Source: Candidatus Obscuribacterales bacterium (GTDB lineage Bacteria > Cyanobacteriota > Vampirovibrionia > Obscuribacterales > Obscuribacteraceae). Taken from it: DNA of 64,000 bases. Positions 18,904 to 27,650 of the stretch are shown one piece after another; the first letter of the stretch is position 1; every line of letters begins with the position of its first letter. The stretch spans positions 32,001-96,000 of the forward strand of contig CBDDIJ010000005.1 in the NCBI GenBank assembly GCA_965228855.1, given 5' to 3'. The position numbers and the translations under genes were made by a program. The notes beneath the pieces were generated by a model. The model made no database searches. It was not told where the DNA came from and saw only the letters and a program-made list of their open reading frames with translations.

Positions 18904-19539
18904 CTACGAAGCGGGTCGCTTATGTCGGCGAACCCGAACTTCCGGCTTCTTGTCAGATGAAGAAGATGCTGATGAGCTGTCATTATCCTTCTTCGCTGGA
19001 ACGCCAGTGGCAATCTCTCGAGCTTCGTCGTCACGACCGAGTTTTTTCAAAATCGCTGAAAGTTTTTGCCTGCTGCGCTTCATGTCCAGGTGATTCGGTG
19101 GTAAGTTTTTGGAACGGACATCGAAAGCCTTTCGATATGCGACTTCCGCCTGCTGATACATCCCCAACTTCTCTTGCAGCACCCCGAGTTCTTCAGCTGG
19201 AGTGGCTATGCGGACGTCTTCAGGACCAAACTGCGATTCCAGATCTCTAATGCAATCCTCATAAAGCTTGACGGCCTTAGCTGTTTCTCCACGACCGGTT
19301 TTCTCTCGAGCCAGACGCATATAATCATCGAAGTTGGCCGGTTTCTCTTCGTACCAGCCTTCAACCTCGGACATTTCCCATTTCTTAAAGCAACCGGAAA
19401 TCGAGACGGAAACAGACATCAACAGAAGTACGGATAGAACCCCACGGACTCCTGCTCCGAAAAATCTGTTTGAACTTTTACTTGCTCTTTTTGGTGGCAT
19501 CTTTTTGTTTCTCTTCTTCAGCCGCGCGCTTCTCAGCAC
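18904..19539 (-). CDS. TPR lipoprotein (true start likely about 19500 or downstream)
   Basis: Lipobox VSISGC; kinesin-light-chain-like TPRs (A.KLY...I...E..FGPED..IA....LG.L....G.Y..AE..YRKA). Confidence 0.8.
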   Translation of the reverse strand: MLRSARLKKRNKKMPPKRASKSSNRFFGAGVRGVLSVLLLMSVSVSISGCFKKWEMSEVEGWYEEKPANFDDYMRLAREKTGRGETAKAVKLYEDCIRDLESQFGPEDVRIATPAEELGVLQEKLGMYQQAEVAYRKAFDVRSKNLPPNHLDMKRSRQKLSAILKKLGRDDEAREIATGVPAKKDNDSSSASSSSDKKPEVRVRRHKRPAS

Positions 19540-19984
19540 GTTTCTTCAGAACTTCATCCGGCACGAGATTATATTGAATCATCTTCGCTTTGATCTTCTT
19601 CAAATCCTGATCGATGATCTTCATCTGCTCGCCGTCCGGTTCTACCTCTTGCATAATGGCTTTCCATTGCTTGTACTCGTTGTAAGCAACTTTCCAATCC
19701 TGCCTGGCCATGTACATACCGGCGAGATATCCAACGCAAGTTCCTGTCTGCGCGGCTTTCTCACCATACTTCTTGGAGCAAACATCGATTGCTTCTTTGT
19801 AGAGCTTTTCAGCCTCATCGATTTTGCCCTTGGCCTGCGCATCCTGCGCGTCCTTGACGAGCGTCTCCCACTTTTTGGAGCCGCCTCCCATCATTGCAAA
19901 ATCAGGCTTGCCAACCTCCCCGCAGGAAGTGAGCAAAACCGACAGAAATATCAATGAGGCGATTTGTTTATAGCGCATTCGCAT
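19478..19984 (-). CDS. TPR lipoprotein
   Basis: Lipobox LLTSC; TPR segment G..DEAEKLYKEAI.V..KKYG....LAGMY. Confidence 0.8.
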   Translation of the reverse strand: MRMRYKQIASLIFLSVLLTSCGEVGKPDFAMMGGGSKKWETLVKDAQDAQAKGKIDEAEKLYKEAIDVCSKKYGEKAAQTGTCVGYLAGMYMARQDWKVAYNEYKQWKAIMQEVEPDGEQMKIIDQDLKKIKAKMIQYNLVPDEVLKKRAEKRAAEEEKQKDATKKSK

Positions 19985-20096
19985 TAGCTCTCCGGCCGAT
20001 TTCTATACAAAGTTAGCATGTCCGCGCCGCTGAGACCATACCGAATTAAAAGTTCGCGCAGTCATCAGCCTTGCGGCGTTTACATCTTTACAGTTG

Positions 20097-21452
20097 TCAA
20101 ACTTTTTCGATTTTCGCACCAACGAAGTAGTGACCCAGGATCGAGCGATAGTTCCAGCCCTGCTTAGCCCAACCCTGTGCCCCGGTTTGCTGTAAACCGA
20201 CCCCATGCCCCCAGCCCAGTCCGGAGATGGTGATTGCTGAAAGATGTCCGATCTCGCTGTTTGTCTGATCAAAAAATATTCGAGCACTTTTTAAACGAGC
20301 GAGCTTCTTACCGGGAGTTTTGAAGAGGTCGCGGATTATCAATTCCTTTGAAATCTTCCAGATGCCGCCGGACGTTTTCACCGAAACTTCGATTGCGCAT
20401 CCGGAGACACCGCGTTTGGTAACCGCAAAAGATTCAATATGTCCGAATTTTCCTGAAGATGGTGCCACTACAAATGGTGCACGATCGTCCTTCATCATTG
20501 CGTTAACAGTCGCATGAATGTTGGCTTCCACGTCATCGGCAGTGAGTTGTACTTTCCACTTGAAATGATGCGAGGAACTGTCCACCGTATGTGGTGCTGC
20601 GCTGTAGAACTTTCGGAGATCCGATTCGTTAGCCAGGTTATAGGCAAACTTCTCAGCCTCGGGGACCCCAGTGAGATAGGGAAGGGGCTGCGGAGGGAAT
20701 TGACCGGTCACTGGATCCGAGAAACAGTTTTCATAATTCTCCGTGTGCCCACCGGCATTAGAGCTGAAAAGGGCCAAAATAGGTTTCCCTTCCCAGGTTA
20801 AAACCTGACCGAGCGTCTCCGCGATTGCCTTTTCATGGGTCGGAGATGAAACCGTCGTAAGCCCACCGAAATATTGGCAACAGAGATAGGAATCACAAAC
20901 GTTAGCATTATCCTTTTCGTGACTGATTCGAGGATTGAGTCCGTACGTTCTCGCCGCGACTGCTTGTGCTTTCACGGCTTCGATGTGATAAGACGCCGGA
21001 ATTTCCGACTGCAGCACGCCGCGAAGATACTTATCGAGATCGAGAATCAGTGCCACTCGCAAGTGATTATTCTTGACGAACAGAGCAATTGCACCATGAT
21101 ATCTAGCACCCACGTTTCCGGACGCCCCGGCTCGCTTCACTGATAAGAAATTGATATCGCTCGGACCCTTGAGGATTACAAGTCCGGCTCCGCCAAACAG
21201 ACGCACGCCGGATTCAAAGACCTCCAACTCTGTGCCGGCGGCAGTCTTCTTGACTTTCGCGCTGATCTTTTTACCAGCCGGCACTGTAGTTGCCGGTTTG
21301 TCAGAGCGCCCCGCCCAGTCCAGAAGCGCTGACCGATTTGCAGGCAACTGAGTGAGATGATACACGTCCAATGAGCCGGCGCTCGAAAAGGTCGCCTCAG
21401 AGTGGTTGAGGGACTTCAGATCGCTTGTGGAAAGAGCGACAACTACCTGCAT
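20097..21452 (-). CDS. SpoIID/LytB-domain lytic transglycosylase
   Basis: Motifs YLRGVLQSEIP, EAVKAQAVAARTY, CQYFGG, GLGWGHGVGLQQ.GA, IL.HYF.G. Confidence 0.92.
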   Translation of the reverse strand: MQVVVALSTSDLKSLNHSEATFSSAGSLDVYHLTQLPANRSALLDWAGRSDKPATTVPAGKKISAKVKKTAAGTELEVFESGVRLFGGAGLVILKGPSDINFLSVKRAGASGNVGARYHGAIALFVKNNHLRVALILDLDKYLRGVLQSEIPASYHIEAVKAQAVAARTYGLNPRISHEKDNANVCDSYLCCQYFGGLTTVSSPTHEKAIAETLGQVLTWEGKPILALFSSNAGGHTENYENCFSDPVTGQFPPQPLPYLTGVPEAEKFAYNLANESDLRKFYSAAPHTVDSSSHHFKWKVQLTADDVEANIHATVNAMMKDDRAPFVVAPSSGKFGHIESFAVTKRGVSGCAIEVSVKTSGGIWKISKELIIRDLFKTPGKKLARLKSARIFFDQTNSEIGHLSAITISGLGWGHGVGLQQTGAQGWAKQGWNYRSILGHYFVGAKIEKV

Positions 21453-21501
21453 TCAGACACCATGGGCTCGCTGAAGGATAATTGTTTCATTCTCTCAAAA
21501 G

Positions 21502-21587
21502 TGGCGGAGCAGGAGGGACTCGAACCCCCAACCCCTTTCGAGGCAGCCGCTTTCAAGGCGGTGTCTTCATCCAGCCAGGTCTGCTCC
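21502..21587 (-). tRNA. tRNA-Ser(UGA) with an atypical D-arm
   Basis: Acceptor stem GGAGCAG/CTGCTCC plus GCCA; anticodon loop CT-TGA-AA; long variable arm GCCTC-GAAA-GGGGT; T-arm GGGGG-TTCGAGT-CCCTC; G73 discriminator; CCA encoded. Confidence 0.9.
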
Positions 21588-21630
21588 ATAACTTTGCAAT
21601 ATACTCTATTCACGGTGCCTCTGAAAAGCT

Positions 21631-22569
21631 ATGGTAAATGAAACTTCAAGGAACCGCTTGCAGAATTCATCAATGACGCTCCCCGAAAACCAGAACAGCG
21701 AAACAATCAGCGAAGCGAAAAAGCCTTTCAATAAGGCGAAAATCAGACTCGACCTTGCGCTGGTCGAGCAGGGATTTTTTACAACCAGAAAAGAGGCCCA
21801 AACTGCCATCATGGATGGTGCGGTACTCGTGAACAATGAGAAGGTCACCAAATCTGGTGCCAACATATCTGGGACTGACAAACTGGCTCTTCGCCCGGGC
21901 TTCGCTAAACAAAAATATGTGAGTCGTGGAGGGTTAAAACTGGAAAAAGCCCTGGAACAGTTTCAAATCAAAATCCAGAATCGGATCTGCCTTGACGTGG
22001 GTGCGTCAACAGGCGGTTTCACAGATTGCTTGCTGCAACACGGTGCCTCCACGGTTTACGCTATTGATGTGGGATACGGTCAACTAGACTGGAAATTGAG
22101 GACGGATAAGAGAGTTGTCGTCAAAGAGAGAGTCAACGCACGCTATCTTGTTCCCCAGGAACTCTATGAGGATGGAGCGGAATGGGCTTCGCTAGCCGTA
22201 ATTGACTGCTCTTTCATTTCACTCGATAAAATATTGCCTGCCGTCGAAAAGCTTTTAGCCACAGACAATAGCGAGATCGTCTGTTTGATAAAGCCACAAT
22301 TCGAAGCGGGAAGAGATCAGGTAAAAAAGGGCGTGGTGCGTGACGGCAAAGTCCACCTCGAAGTTTTGCAAAGAACAGCAGAGCATGCTTCAGCACTGGG
22401 TTTCTATGTACACAAGTGTACGTTCTCACCGCTCAAGGGTCCGAAAGGCAATATCGAATATCTGATGCTACTTTCGAAAGCCTTCTGCACTGACAATTCC
22501 ATCGACTACGATGGTGAAGTAGCTCAAGCGATCGAGACTCTCAGAAATGCCAGTACAGAAGAAAGTTAG
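21631..22569 (+). CDS. tlyA: TlyA-family rRNA 2'-O-methyltransferase (start may be ATG 21673)
   Basis: S4 domain RLD..LV..G...R..AQ..I..G.V; motifs YVSRGGLKL, LDVGASTGGFTD, DVGYGQL, SFISL, LIKPQFE, GN.EY. Confidence 0.95.
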   Translation: MVNETSRNRLQNSSMTLPENQNSETISEAKKPFNKAKIRLDLALVEQGFFTTRKEAQTAIMDGAVLVNNEKVTKSGANISGTDKLALRPGFAKQKYVSRGGLKLEKALEQFQIKIQNRICLDVGASTGGFTDCLLQHGASTVYAIDVGYGQLDWKLRTDKRVVVKERVNARYLVPQELYEDGAEWASLAVIDCSFISLDKILPAVEKLLATDNSEIVCLIKPQFEAGRDQVKKGVVRDGKVHLEVLQRTAEHASALGFYVHKCTFSPLKGPKGNIEYLMLLSKAFCTDNSIDYDGEVAQAIETLRNASTEES

Positions 22570-23399
22570 CTCACCTTTTGACTGCCGAGGAACAAGCACC
22601 GTTCCTGAAGTTGCTCGAATAACTCGAGGGTGTGCACGACGACTTCCTGCGGGTCTGCGCCTCCGGACTCAGTCACAGCCATTGTGATCAACTCTGCGTA
22701 TGATACAGGTCCCCGAGCGACTCGCTCTACGACTTTTGCAGCGGCGTCTCCGAGTTCGAGAAAGCGCGCGTAAAACTCATCGGGATCTCGATAAATAGCC
22801 AAATTCGTGGCGTCCTTCTTAACGCGGCGCGGCAGCCGGACATCATCTCGGAGCCAATCGACGAGTTTAGCGATCGGATATTGATAATGACGAATAGCTA
22901 GCACCGAATTTAATACCGGTCCGTAAGCATTAAAGACCTCTGGGTTATCCAGAGCGATAGGCTCGCCGCGAATTTCTTTCGCATCACTCTCCATAATCTC
23001 AAGCTCGATCCATTCGTAATCGGCCAGTTCGGGAAGAAACCCATGGCGGGCCACGAGTTCAGGACAATCGACTTTCAGAAAATCGGAGAATGCGCTTGCT
23101 GCTTTGTTGAGATTGAAATGGGCGGGCAGTCTTAACTCGAAGTATCTGTCGACCAGTCTATTCCATTGCCGGGATAAGATTTTCTGACATCCGGGGTAAA
23201 TCGACTTCATCAAATCATGACGACCGTGACGAATCAGGGAAGCATAGAGACGAACACCACGCGGATCGATCTCCTGCGAAAAATCTTCGTCCTCGCCAAG
23301 ACAATCCGGTCGAGAACCTGATAGAAACTTGGTCCGCGCTTCATCCTGCGTCCACAGTGTAGATAGTGTCTGTTCTATTGTTTGAAGATTTTTTGTCAT
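22566..23399 (-). CDS. DUF2063-family MNIO partner protein (HvfC/BufC-like)
   Basis: Pattern G.RLY..L......L...YP....L..W..LV..YF...P......A..F.DFL......P.LADYEW.EL; directly downstream of the DUF692 gene. Confidence 0.85.
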   Translation of the reverse strand: MTKNLQTIEQTLSTLWTQDEARTKFLSGSRPDCLGEDEDFSQEIDPRGVRLYASLIRHGRHDLMKSIYPGCQKILSRQWNRLVDRYFELRLPAHFNLNKAASAFSDFLKVDCPELVARHGFLPELADYEWIELEIMESDAKEIRGEPIALDNPEVFNAYGPVLNSVLAIRHYQYPIAKLVDWLRDDVRLPRRVKKDATNLAIYRDPDEFYARFLELGDAAAKVVERVARGPVSYAELITMAVTESGGADPQEVVVHTLELFEQLQERCLFLGSQKVS

Positions 23400-23416
23400 T
23401 GTATTTGAGCGAACAA

Positions 23417-24433
23417 CTAGGCGCGCGCGCCCCGCTTCACCAAGCGTTTTGTGTCTGAATTCATGCGAATCACCTCAGCGTCATGACCGTCGCTATCGCG
23501 ATCGGGCGTCAGCTCCGAAGAGGGTGCTGCTTGCTCAGTTTCGGACGTAGCAGCGCAAGTTGAACCTGATTTCAAGTTCGCAAGCCTGGGCTGATAGTTA
23601 GCGGCAATCGTTCTTATCTGATGAAGCTCATCAAGAATTTCAGAGAACTCCGGGTAGTTCTGGTCGCGTTCAAGCATCACCGCGTTGACAGGTACTCTTG
23701 CCAGGACATAATCCAACAACTCGAAAACCGGCTCTATAACCGGATTTCCATGAGTGTCGATAATCATCTCCTCACCATGACTGTGACCGGCGACGTGCAT
23801 CTGTACGGTGCGCTCAATGGGAAGAGCATTCAAATACTTGTATGGATCAAAATTGTGGTTGATCGAATTGACATAGACATTGTTGACGTCAAGCAACAAG
23901 CCGCAATCAGCTTTTTCAAGAACGTCGGACAGGAACTGCACCTCGGTCAATTCAGAGCCGGGCATGTTCATGTAATAGGAAATATTTTCGAGCAACAGCG
24001 GACGTTCTATATAATCCTGCACAGTTTTTATGCGCTTCACGACATGCTGTATCGCTTCTTTCGACGTCGGCAGCGGAAGCAGATCGTGAAGATAGTGTCC
24101 GCCTATAGATGTGAAACACAAGTGGTCGCTAAACCATGGTGCATCGATGGTATCAAGCAATTTTTTGAGCGACTTCAAGTAGGTCTCGCTCAGAGGATCG
24201 GTACTTCCGATCGAAAGATTGACTCCATGGGTCACAAGGGGGAAAGCCGAGTTCGCCTGTTCAAGGCGCTCTCGAGCCATCCCCCCGAGATCCATGTAGT
24301 TTTCTGGAACCAGTTCAAGCCAGTCTATTTTGTCGGCACTGTTGAATGTTTCGTGAGCGAGTTCTCGGCGAAGACCAAGACCAACGCCCAATACAGGAAG
24401 GTTCTTCTTCGTTGTTAGGAAGTCGAAAGCCAT
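23417..24433 (-). CDS. DUF692-family multinuclear non-heme iron oxidase (MNIO; HvfB/BufB-like)
   Basis: Motifs GVGLGLR, E..PENY, HG..LSIG, SDHL, LLENISYY, LLDVNN.YVN, HVAGH, IDTHG, LERD. ATG 24433 has an AGGGG RBS. Confidence 0.95.
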   Translation of the reverse strand: MAFDFLTTKKNLPVLGVGLGLRRELAHETFNSADKIDWLELVPENYMDLGGMARERLEQANSAFPLVTHGVNLSIGSTDPLSETYLKSLKKLLDTIDAPWFSDHLCFTSIGGHYLHDLLPLPTSKEAIQHVVKRIKTVQDYIERPLLLENISYYMNMPGSELTEVQFLSDVLEKADCGLLLDVNNVYVNSINHNFDPYKYLNALPIERTVQMHVAGHSHGEEMIIDTHGNPVIEPVFELLDYVLARVPVNAVMLERDQNYPEFSEILDELHQIRTIAANYQPRLANLKSGSTCAATSETEQAAPSSELTPDRDSDGHDAEVIRMNSDTKRLVKRGARA

Positions 24434-24496
24434 ATTTTCCCCTGTAAACTGCGACCAACAAAGCACAAAAAAGGCTGGACGATTCCAGCCGAAAGA

Positions 24497-24826
24497 CTAC
24501 TCTGCTTTCTTCTCTTCGGTCTTGCAGGAGCCTTCTTTGCCCTTGCAGGAGCTCTCTTTGCCCTTGCAGGAGCCTTCTTTACCCTTGCAGGAGCCTTCTT
24601 TGCCCTTCGCAGCTTTCTTCTCTTTCTTTTCTTTCTTAGCTGGTTTTTCGTCTTTCTTAGCATCGGTCGCTGCTGCGTCATCAGCGAGATTTACTTTCTT
24701 GCTGATTTCCGAAGGGGAAGACGTTTCTTTGACCGAAAGCTCAGCTTTGTCAGCTGCGTTTGCTTGGCCTTGAAGTGCAAATCCTAGAACAGCAACCAAA
24801 GCTGCAGCTAGTTGTACCTTTTGCAT
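24497..24826 (-). CDS. secreted RiPP-like precursor peptide with 4x KGKE(G/S)SC repeats
   Basis: AGGAGG RBS; Sec signal peptide ending ..QANA; Lys/Glu-rich linker; four Cys in 7-aa repeats; immediately upstream of DUF692-DUF2063. Confidence 0.9.
   Translation of the reverse strand: MQKVQLAAALVAVLGFALQGQANAADKAELSVKETSSPSEISKKVNLADDAAATDAKKDEKPAKKEKKEKKAAKGKEGSCKGKEGSCKGKESSCKGKEGSCKTEEKKAE
24521..24604. repeat. 4 x 21-nt tandem repeat encoding the precursor core
   Basis: CTTGCAGGAGCCTTCTTTGCC and near-identical copies starting at 24521, 24542, 24563 and 24584. Confidence 0.95.
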
Positions 24827-24876
24827 CGTTGACCTCCTAATTAGGTGTGATGGTTATGGGCCCGTTGGGACCCTGA

Positions 24877-24930
24877 CTCCCTACTCGTACGTAAGTAGGG
24901 AGGATTAGTGTTCATGGTAGGGTACCATGA
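24877..24930 (-). promoter_or_regulatory. candidate ECF-type promoter overlapped by two inverted repeats upstream of the precursor gene
   Basis: Minus strand TGAACA-N17-CGTA (24914->24888). Inverted repeats CTCCCTACT-N8-AGTAGGGAG (24877-24902) and TCATGGTA-GGG-TACCATGA (24912-24930). Confidence 0.4.
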
Positions 24931-25180
24931 TTAACAAAAACCCATGTGAAGGTTATGGGCGTGTAAAATCTATCTGCCCGCTTCTGAAGGAATAAGTCCC
25001 TGCTACAATGCTGGCCTCTTGTTTGAGGCAACAGAACCGCAATATTTGATATTTATCTGTCGCATAGCCAGTCAATATCAGTTTTCAAGAGAAAAATCGT
25101 TTTTCCATCCTTATATATAGGTATATAAGAAACGCTGGGTAAAAATCACAACGCATACAGAAGGAAACAGTTCGGCAAAC

Positions 25181-25774
25181 ATGAGCAGCGACGTTAACAA
25201 GGCATTCAAAGAAACTTTGAGTAACTGGGCCTATATGGATATGGCACCACCGGATGTACTCGAAATGTCTCATCCACTTTTTTGCGAGAAACTCGGCGTT
25301 GATCCAAATGCGTTCTCATTTAAGTCATATGCACAACCTGGCGAATCGAAAGACTGGTATCAAGCTCCGTTCGAATTTCCGGATGTGATTGAAGGAACGA
25401 TGTACCTTTATCTCCCATCGCGATGGACAAGCGATATGAAACAGAGCAACGTCGCTCAAGTTCTCGAAGGTTCACGCGTAAGACAGACGTTGATTCTGGC
25501 AAGCAAAGAGGATTGGAAAAAATCACTCAACGACTTTTTCGATATCGGCGAAACCGCGGCTTTCGCGTACTATCCCGTTCATTTACCCTATTACGATCAG
25601 TGGGTTGCATGTGTAGACATGCAAGAAAAAATTTGGATCTATACGTTCTACGGCGCTGGTGATTGGATTTTGATATCCAAAGGCGATGCCGGTGGACGCA
25701 ACACGCTGGGATTGCAGATCACCTCATCGGTGCATTCAAGTCCGTGGTACAGCTGGATCGCAAGCGCACAATAG
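25181..25774 (+). CDS. hypothetical protein
   Basis: 197-aa ORF with an AAGGA RBS and aromatic-rich composition; no family recognised. Confidence 0.7.
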   Translation: MSSDVNKAFKETLSNWAYMDMAPPDVLEMSHPLFCEKLGVDPNAFSFKSYAQPGESKDWYQAPFEFPDVIEGTMYLYLPSRWTSDMKQSNVAQVLEGSRVRQTLILASKEDWKKSLNDFFDIGETAAFAYYPVHLPYYDQWVACVDMQEKIWIYTFYGAGDWILISKGDAGGRNTLGLQITSSVHSSPWYSWIASAQ

Positions 25775-25802
25775 TTCATTCATCCGATGGAAAACTGAAT
25801 CG

Positions 25803-26474
25803 ATGCAAGGAACGAATTCGGCCAGCAATTTTAGTTTCATCTACCTACACGGTTTCGCATCAGGACCGCAGTCGACTAAAGCTCGCTATTTCAATGAAAA
25901 ACTGACTGCATGTGGTATCACTCCAGCGATACCGGATATGAATACTCCATCATTCACTGACATGACCCTGACGTCGCAAATCGATCACGTCGGAGAGAAA
26001 TTGATCAAAGACAACTGCGTGATGATCGGATCCAGCATGGGAGGTCTTGTCGCAACTTTGACTGCGACTCGTTTTCCTGCGGTGAAAGCATTGATTCTTC
26101 TTGCGCCCGGTTTTGGAATCGAAAGACGTTGGAACGATCTCGTCGATCAAGATAAACGCAGTGCCTGGAAGCATCATGGAGTTCTTGATGTCTTTCATTA
26201 TGCATCGCAGAAAAACGAACCACTCTCATATAAATTTGTCGAAGATCTCGAATCGTATTCAACGCGAAACATTCAGGTGACTATTCCCACGCTGATACTT
26301 CACGGAAAAAACGATGAAGTCGTGCCAGTAGGCGAAAGCAAAAATTTCGCACAACAAAATCCTGCACACGTGAAATTGATTGAATTGGAAGACGGGCATG
26401 AGTTGATCCAATCGCTGCCGACAATCTGGAGCGCTTCGGAGAAGTTTCTGCGAGAGCACAATCTGATCAACTGA
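25803..26474 (+). CDS. YqiA/YcfP-family alpha/beta hydrolase (esterase)
   Basis: Motifs YLHGFASGPQSTKA, nucleophile GSSMGG, HG..DEVVP, DGHEL. Start revised to ATG 25803. Confidence 0.9.
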   Translation: MQGTNSASNFSFIYLHGFASGPQSTKARYFNEKLTACGITPAIPDMNTPSFTDMTLTSQIDHVGEKLIKDNCVMIGSSMGGLVATLTATRFPAVKALILLAPGFGIERRWNDLVDQDKRSAWKHHGVLDVFHYASQKNEPLSYKFVEDLESYSTRNIQVTIPTLILHGKNDEVVPVGESKNFAQQNPAHVKLIELEDGHELIQSLPTIWSASEKFLREHNLIN

Positions 26475-26491
26475 TCATAATTCGATAAAAA

Positions 26492-26526
26492 CAAAGGAAC
26501 CTCGGAGGTCTTCCGAGGTTCCTTTG
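26492..26526. terminator. bidirectional intrinsic terminator
   Basis: Perfect 15-bp stem CAAAGGAACCTCGGA-GGTCT-TCCGAGGTTCCTTTG between convergent genes. Confidence 0.85.
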
Positions 26527-26548
26527 AATGTTTCCTTCAGGACCCTAA

Positions 26549-27241
26549 TTAAGCGTTGTCTGCTGACGGCGCATCGTTAGTGGTCACCGGCGCTGCCTTA
26601 CGGGTTGCGCCTTTTTTCTTTCCGCCTTTTTTAGCTGCGGGCTTCTTAGCTGTCGACTTCTTAGCTGTTGCTTTCTTCTTGGTGGTAGCGCCAGCCTTTT
26701 TGGCGGCTGGTTTCTTAGCTGTCGACTTTTTAGCTCCGGTCTTTTTCGCTGCGGGCTTTTTAGCTGCTGCTTTTTTCTTTGGAGCTGCTTTCTTTGCTGC
26801 GGGCTTTTTAGCTGCTGCTTTTTTCTTTGGAGCTGCTTTCTTCGCTGCGGGCTTTTTAGCTGCTGCTTTTTTCTTTGGAGCTGCTTTTTTCGCTGCGGGC
26901 TTTTTAGCTGCTGCTTTTTTCTTTGGAGCTGCTTTTTTCGCTGCGGGCTTTTTAGCTGCTGCTTTTTTGGTAGCGGGCTTTTTAGCTGCTGGCTTTTTCT
27001 TAGCGGCTGCTTTCTTTGCTGCAGGTTTTTTAGCTGCAGTTTTTTTGGCTGCAGGTTTTTTAGCTGCCGATTTCTTCTTAGCTGCTGCTTTCTTCTTAGC
27101 CGGTTTCTTAGCGGCTGGTTTTGCATCTCCACCAGCTGTTGCTGCACGTTTAGGTGCTGCGCCAGCTGCCTTTTCTACAGTAGTTTCAGAAACGGTACCT
27201 GGTATTTTCCGTTCTTCGCTACCTTTTTCTTTGGTTGCCAT
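26549..27241 (-). CDS. histone H1-like Lys/Ala/Pro-rich nucleoid protein
   Basis: GGGAGG RBS; protein composed mostly of KKPAA/KKAAP pentapeptides (AlgP/Hc2-like composition). Confidence 0.85.
   Translation of the reverse strand: MATKEKGSEERKIPGTVSETTVEKAAGAAPKRAATAGGDAKPAAKKPAKKKAAAKKKSAAKKPAAKKTAAKKPAAKKAAAKKKPAAKKPATKKAAAKKPAAKKAAPKKKAAAKKPAAKKAAPKKKAAAKKPAAKKAAPKKKAAAKKPAAKKAAPKKKAAAKKPAAKKTGAKKSTAKKPAAKKAGATTKKKATAKKSTAKKPAAKKGGKKKGATRKAAPVTTNDAPSADNA
26742..26968. repeat. about 4.5 x 48-nt tandem repeat (KKPAAKKAAPKKKAAA)
   Basis: CTGCGGGCTTTTTAGCTGCTGC recurs at 26749, 26797, 26845, 26893 and 26941. Confidence 0.9.
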
Positions 27242-27650
27242 TCTTTTTTTCCTCCCGGTATTACTTGGTGGAGTTCAAAAAACGTTTGGTAAAAACATCT
27301 CAGACTTACTGTGAATGCAGTTTTCAATCGTTTGCTGTTGCCACCACTTTTGAATAGCGCAATCTTTTTTTGCACTACTCAATCACACCACACGTTGATA
27401 CATTACTTTCATTTAGAAAAAAATGCAATATATAGATCAAAATCAACTTGTGATTACGAAATTTTTTTGTCACATCGATCGGATTTTTGATCTCGAACCA
27501 ATGCACGAAAACAGATCGTCAACCTACTACTCGCCTCCGCTGATTTCGCGAAAACACATACCCATCAAGCTTTTGCAGACTCGCGATCGAGTCAGTCGCA
27601 ACTCGGATTGATCCGAAAGGCGATCGAGCAAAAGGATCTTGTTTGTAAAC

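Noticed and set aside
21502..21587. Possible tRNA-Sec or prophage attachment site
   Set aside because: The anticodon is UGA (Ser), not UCA, and the acceptor stem is 7 bp. I saw no integrase or duplicated tRNA 3' end.
23621..24418. 265-aa + strand ORF opposite the DUF692 gene
   Set aside because: No motifs; fully antisense to a well-supported gene. The same applies to 5608-6204, 19334-19957, 32780-33433 and 39123-39797.
26556..27314. 252-aa hydrophobic + strand ORF (AAGFLAAAFFF repeats) and the 26584-27147 alternative frame
   Set aside because: Antisense and out-of-frame shadows of the repetitive histone-like gene.
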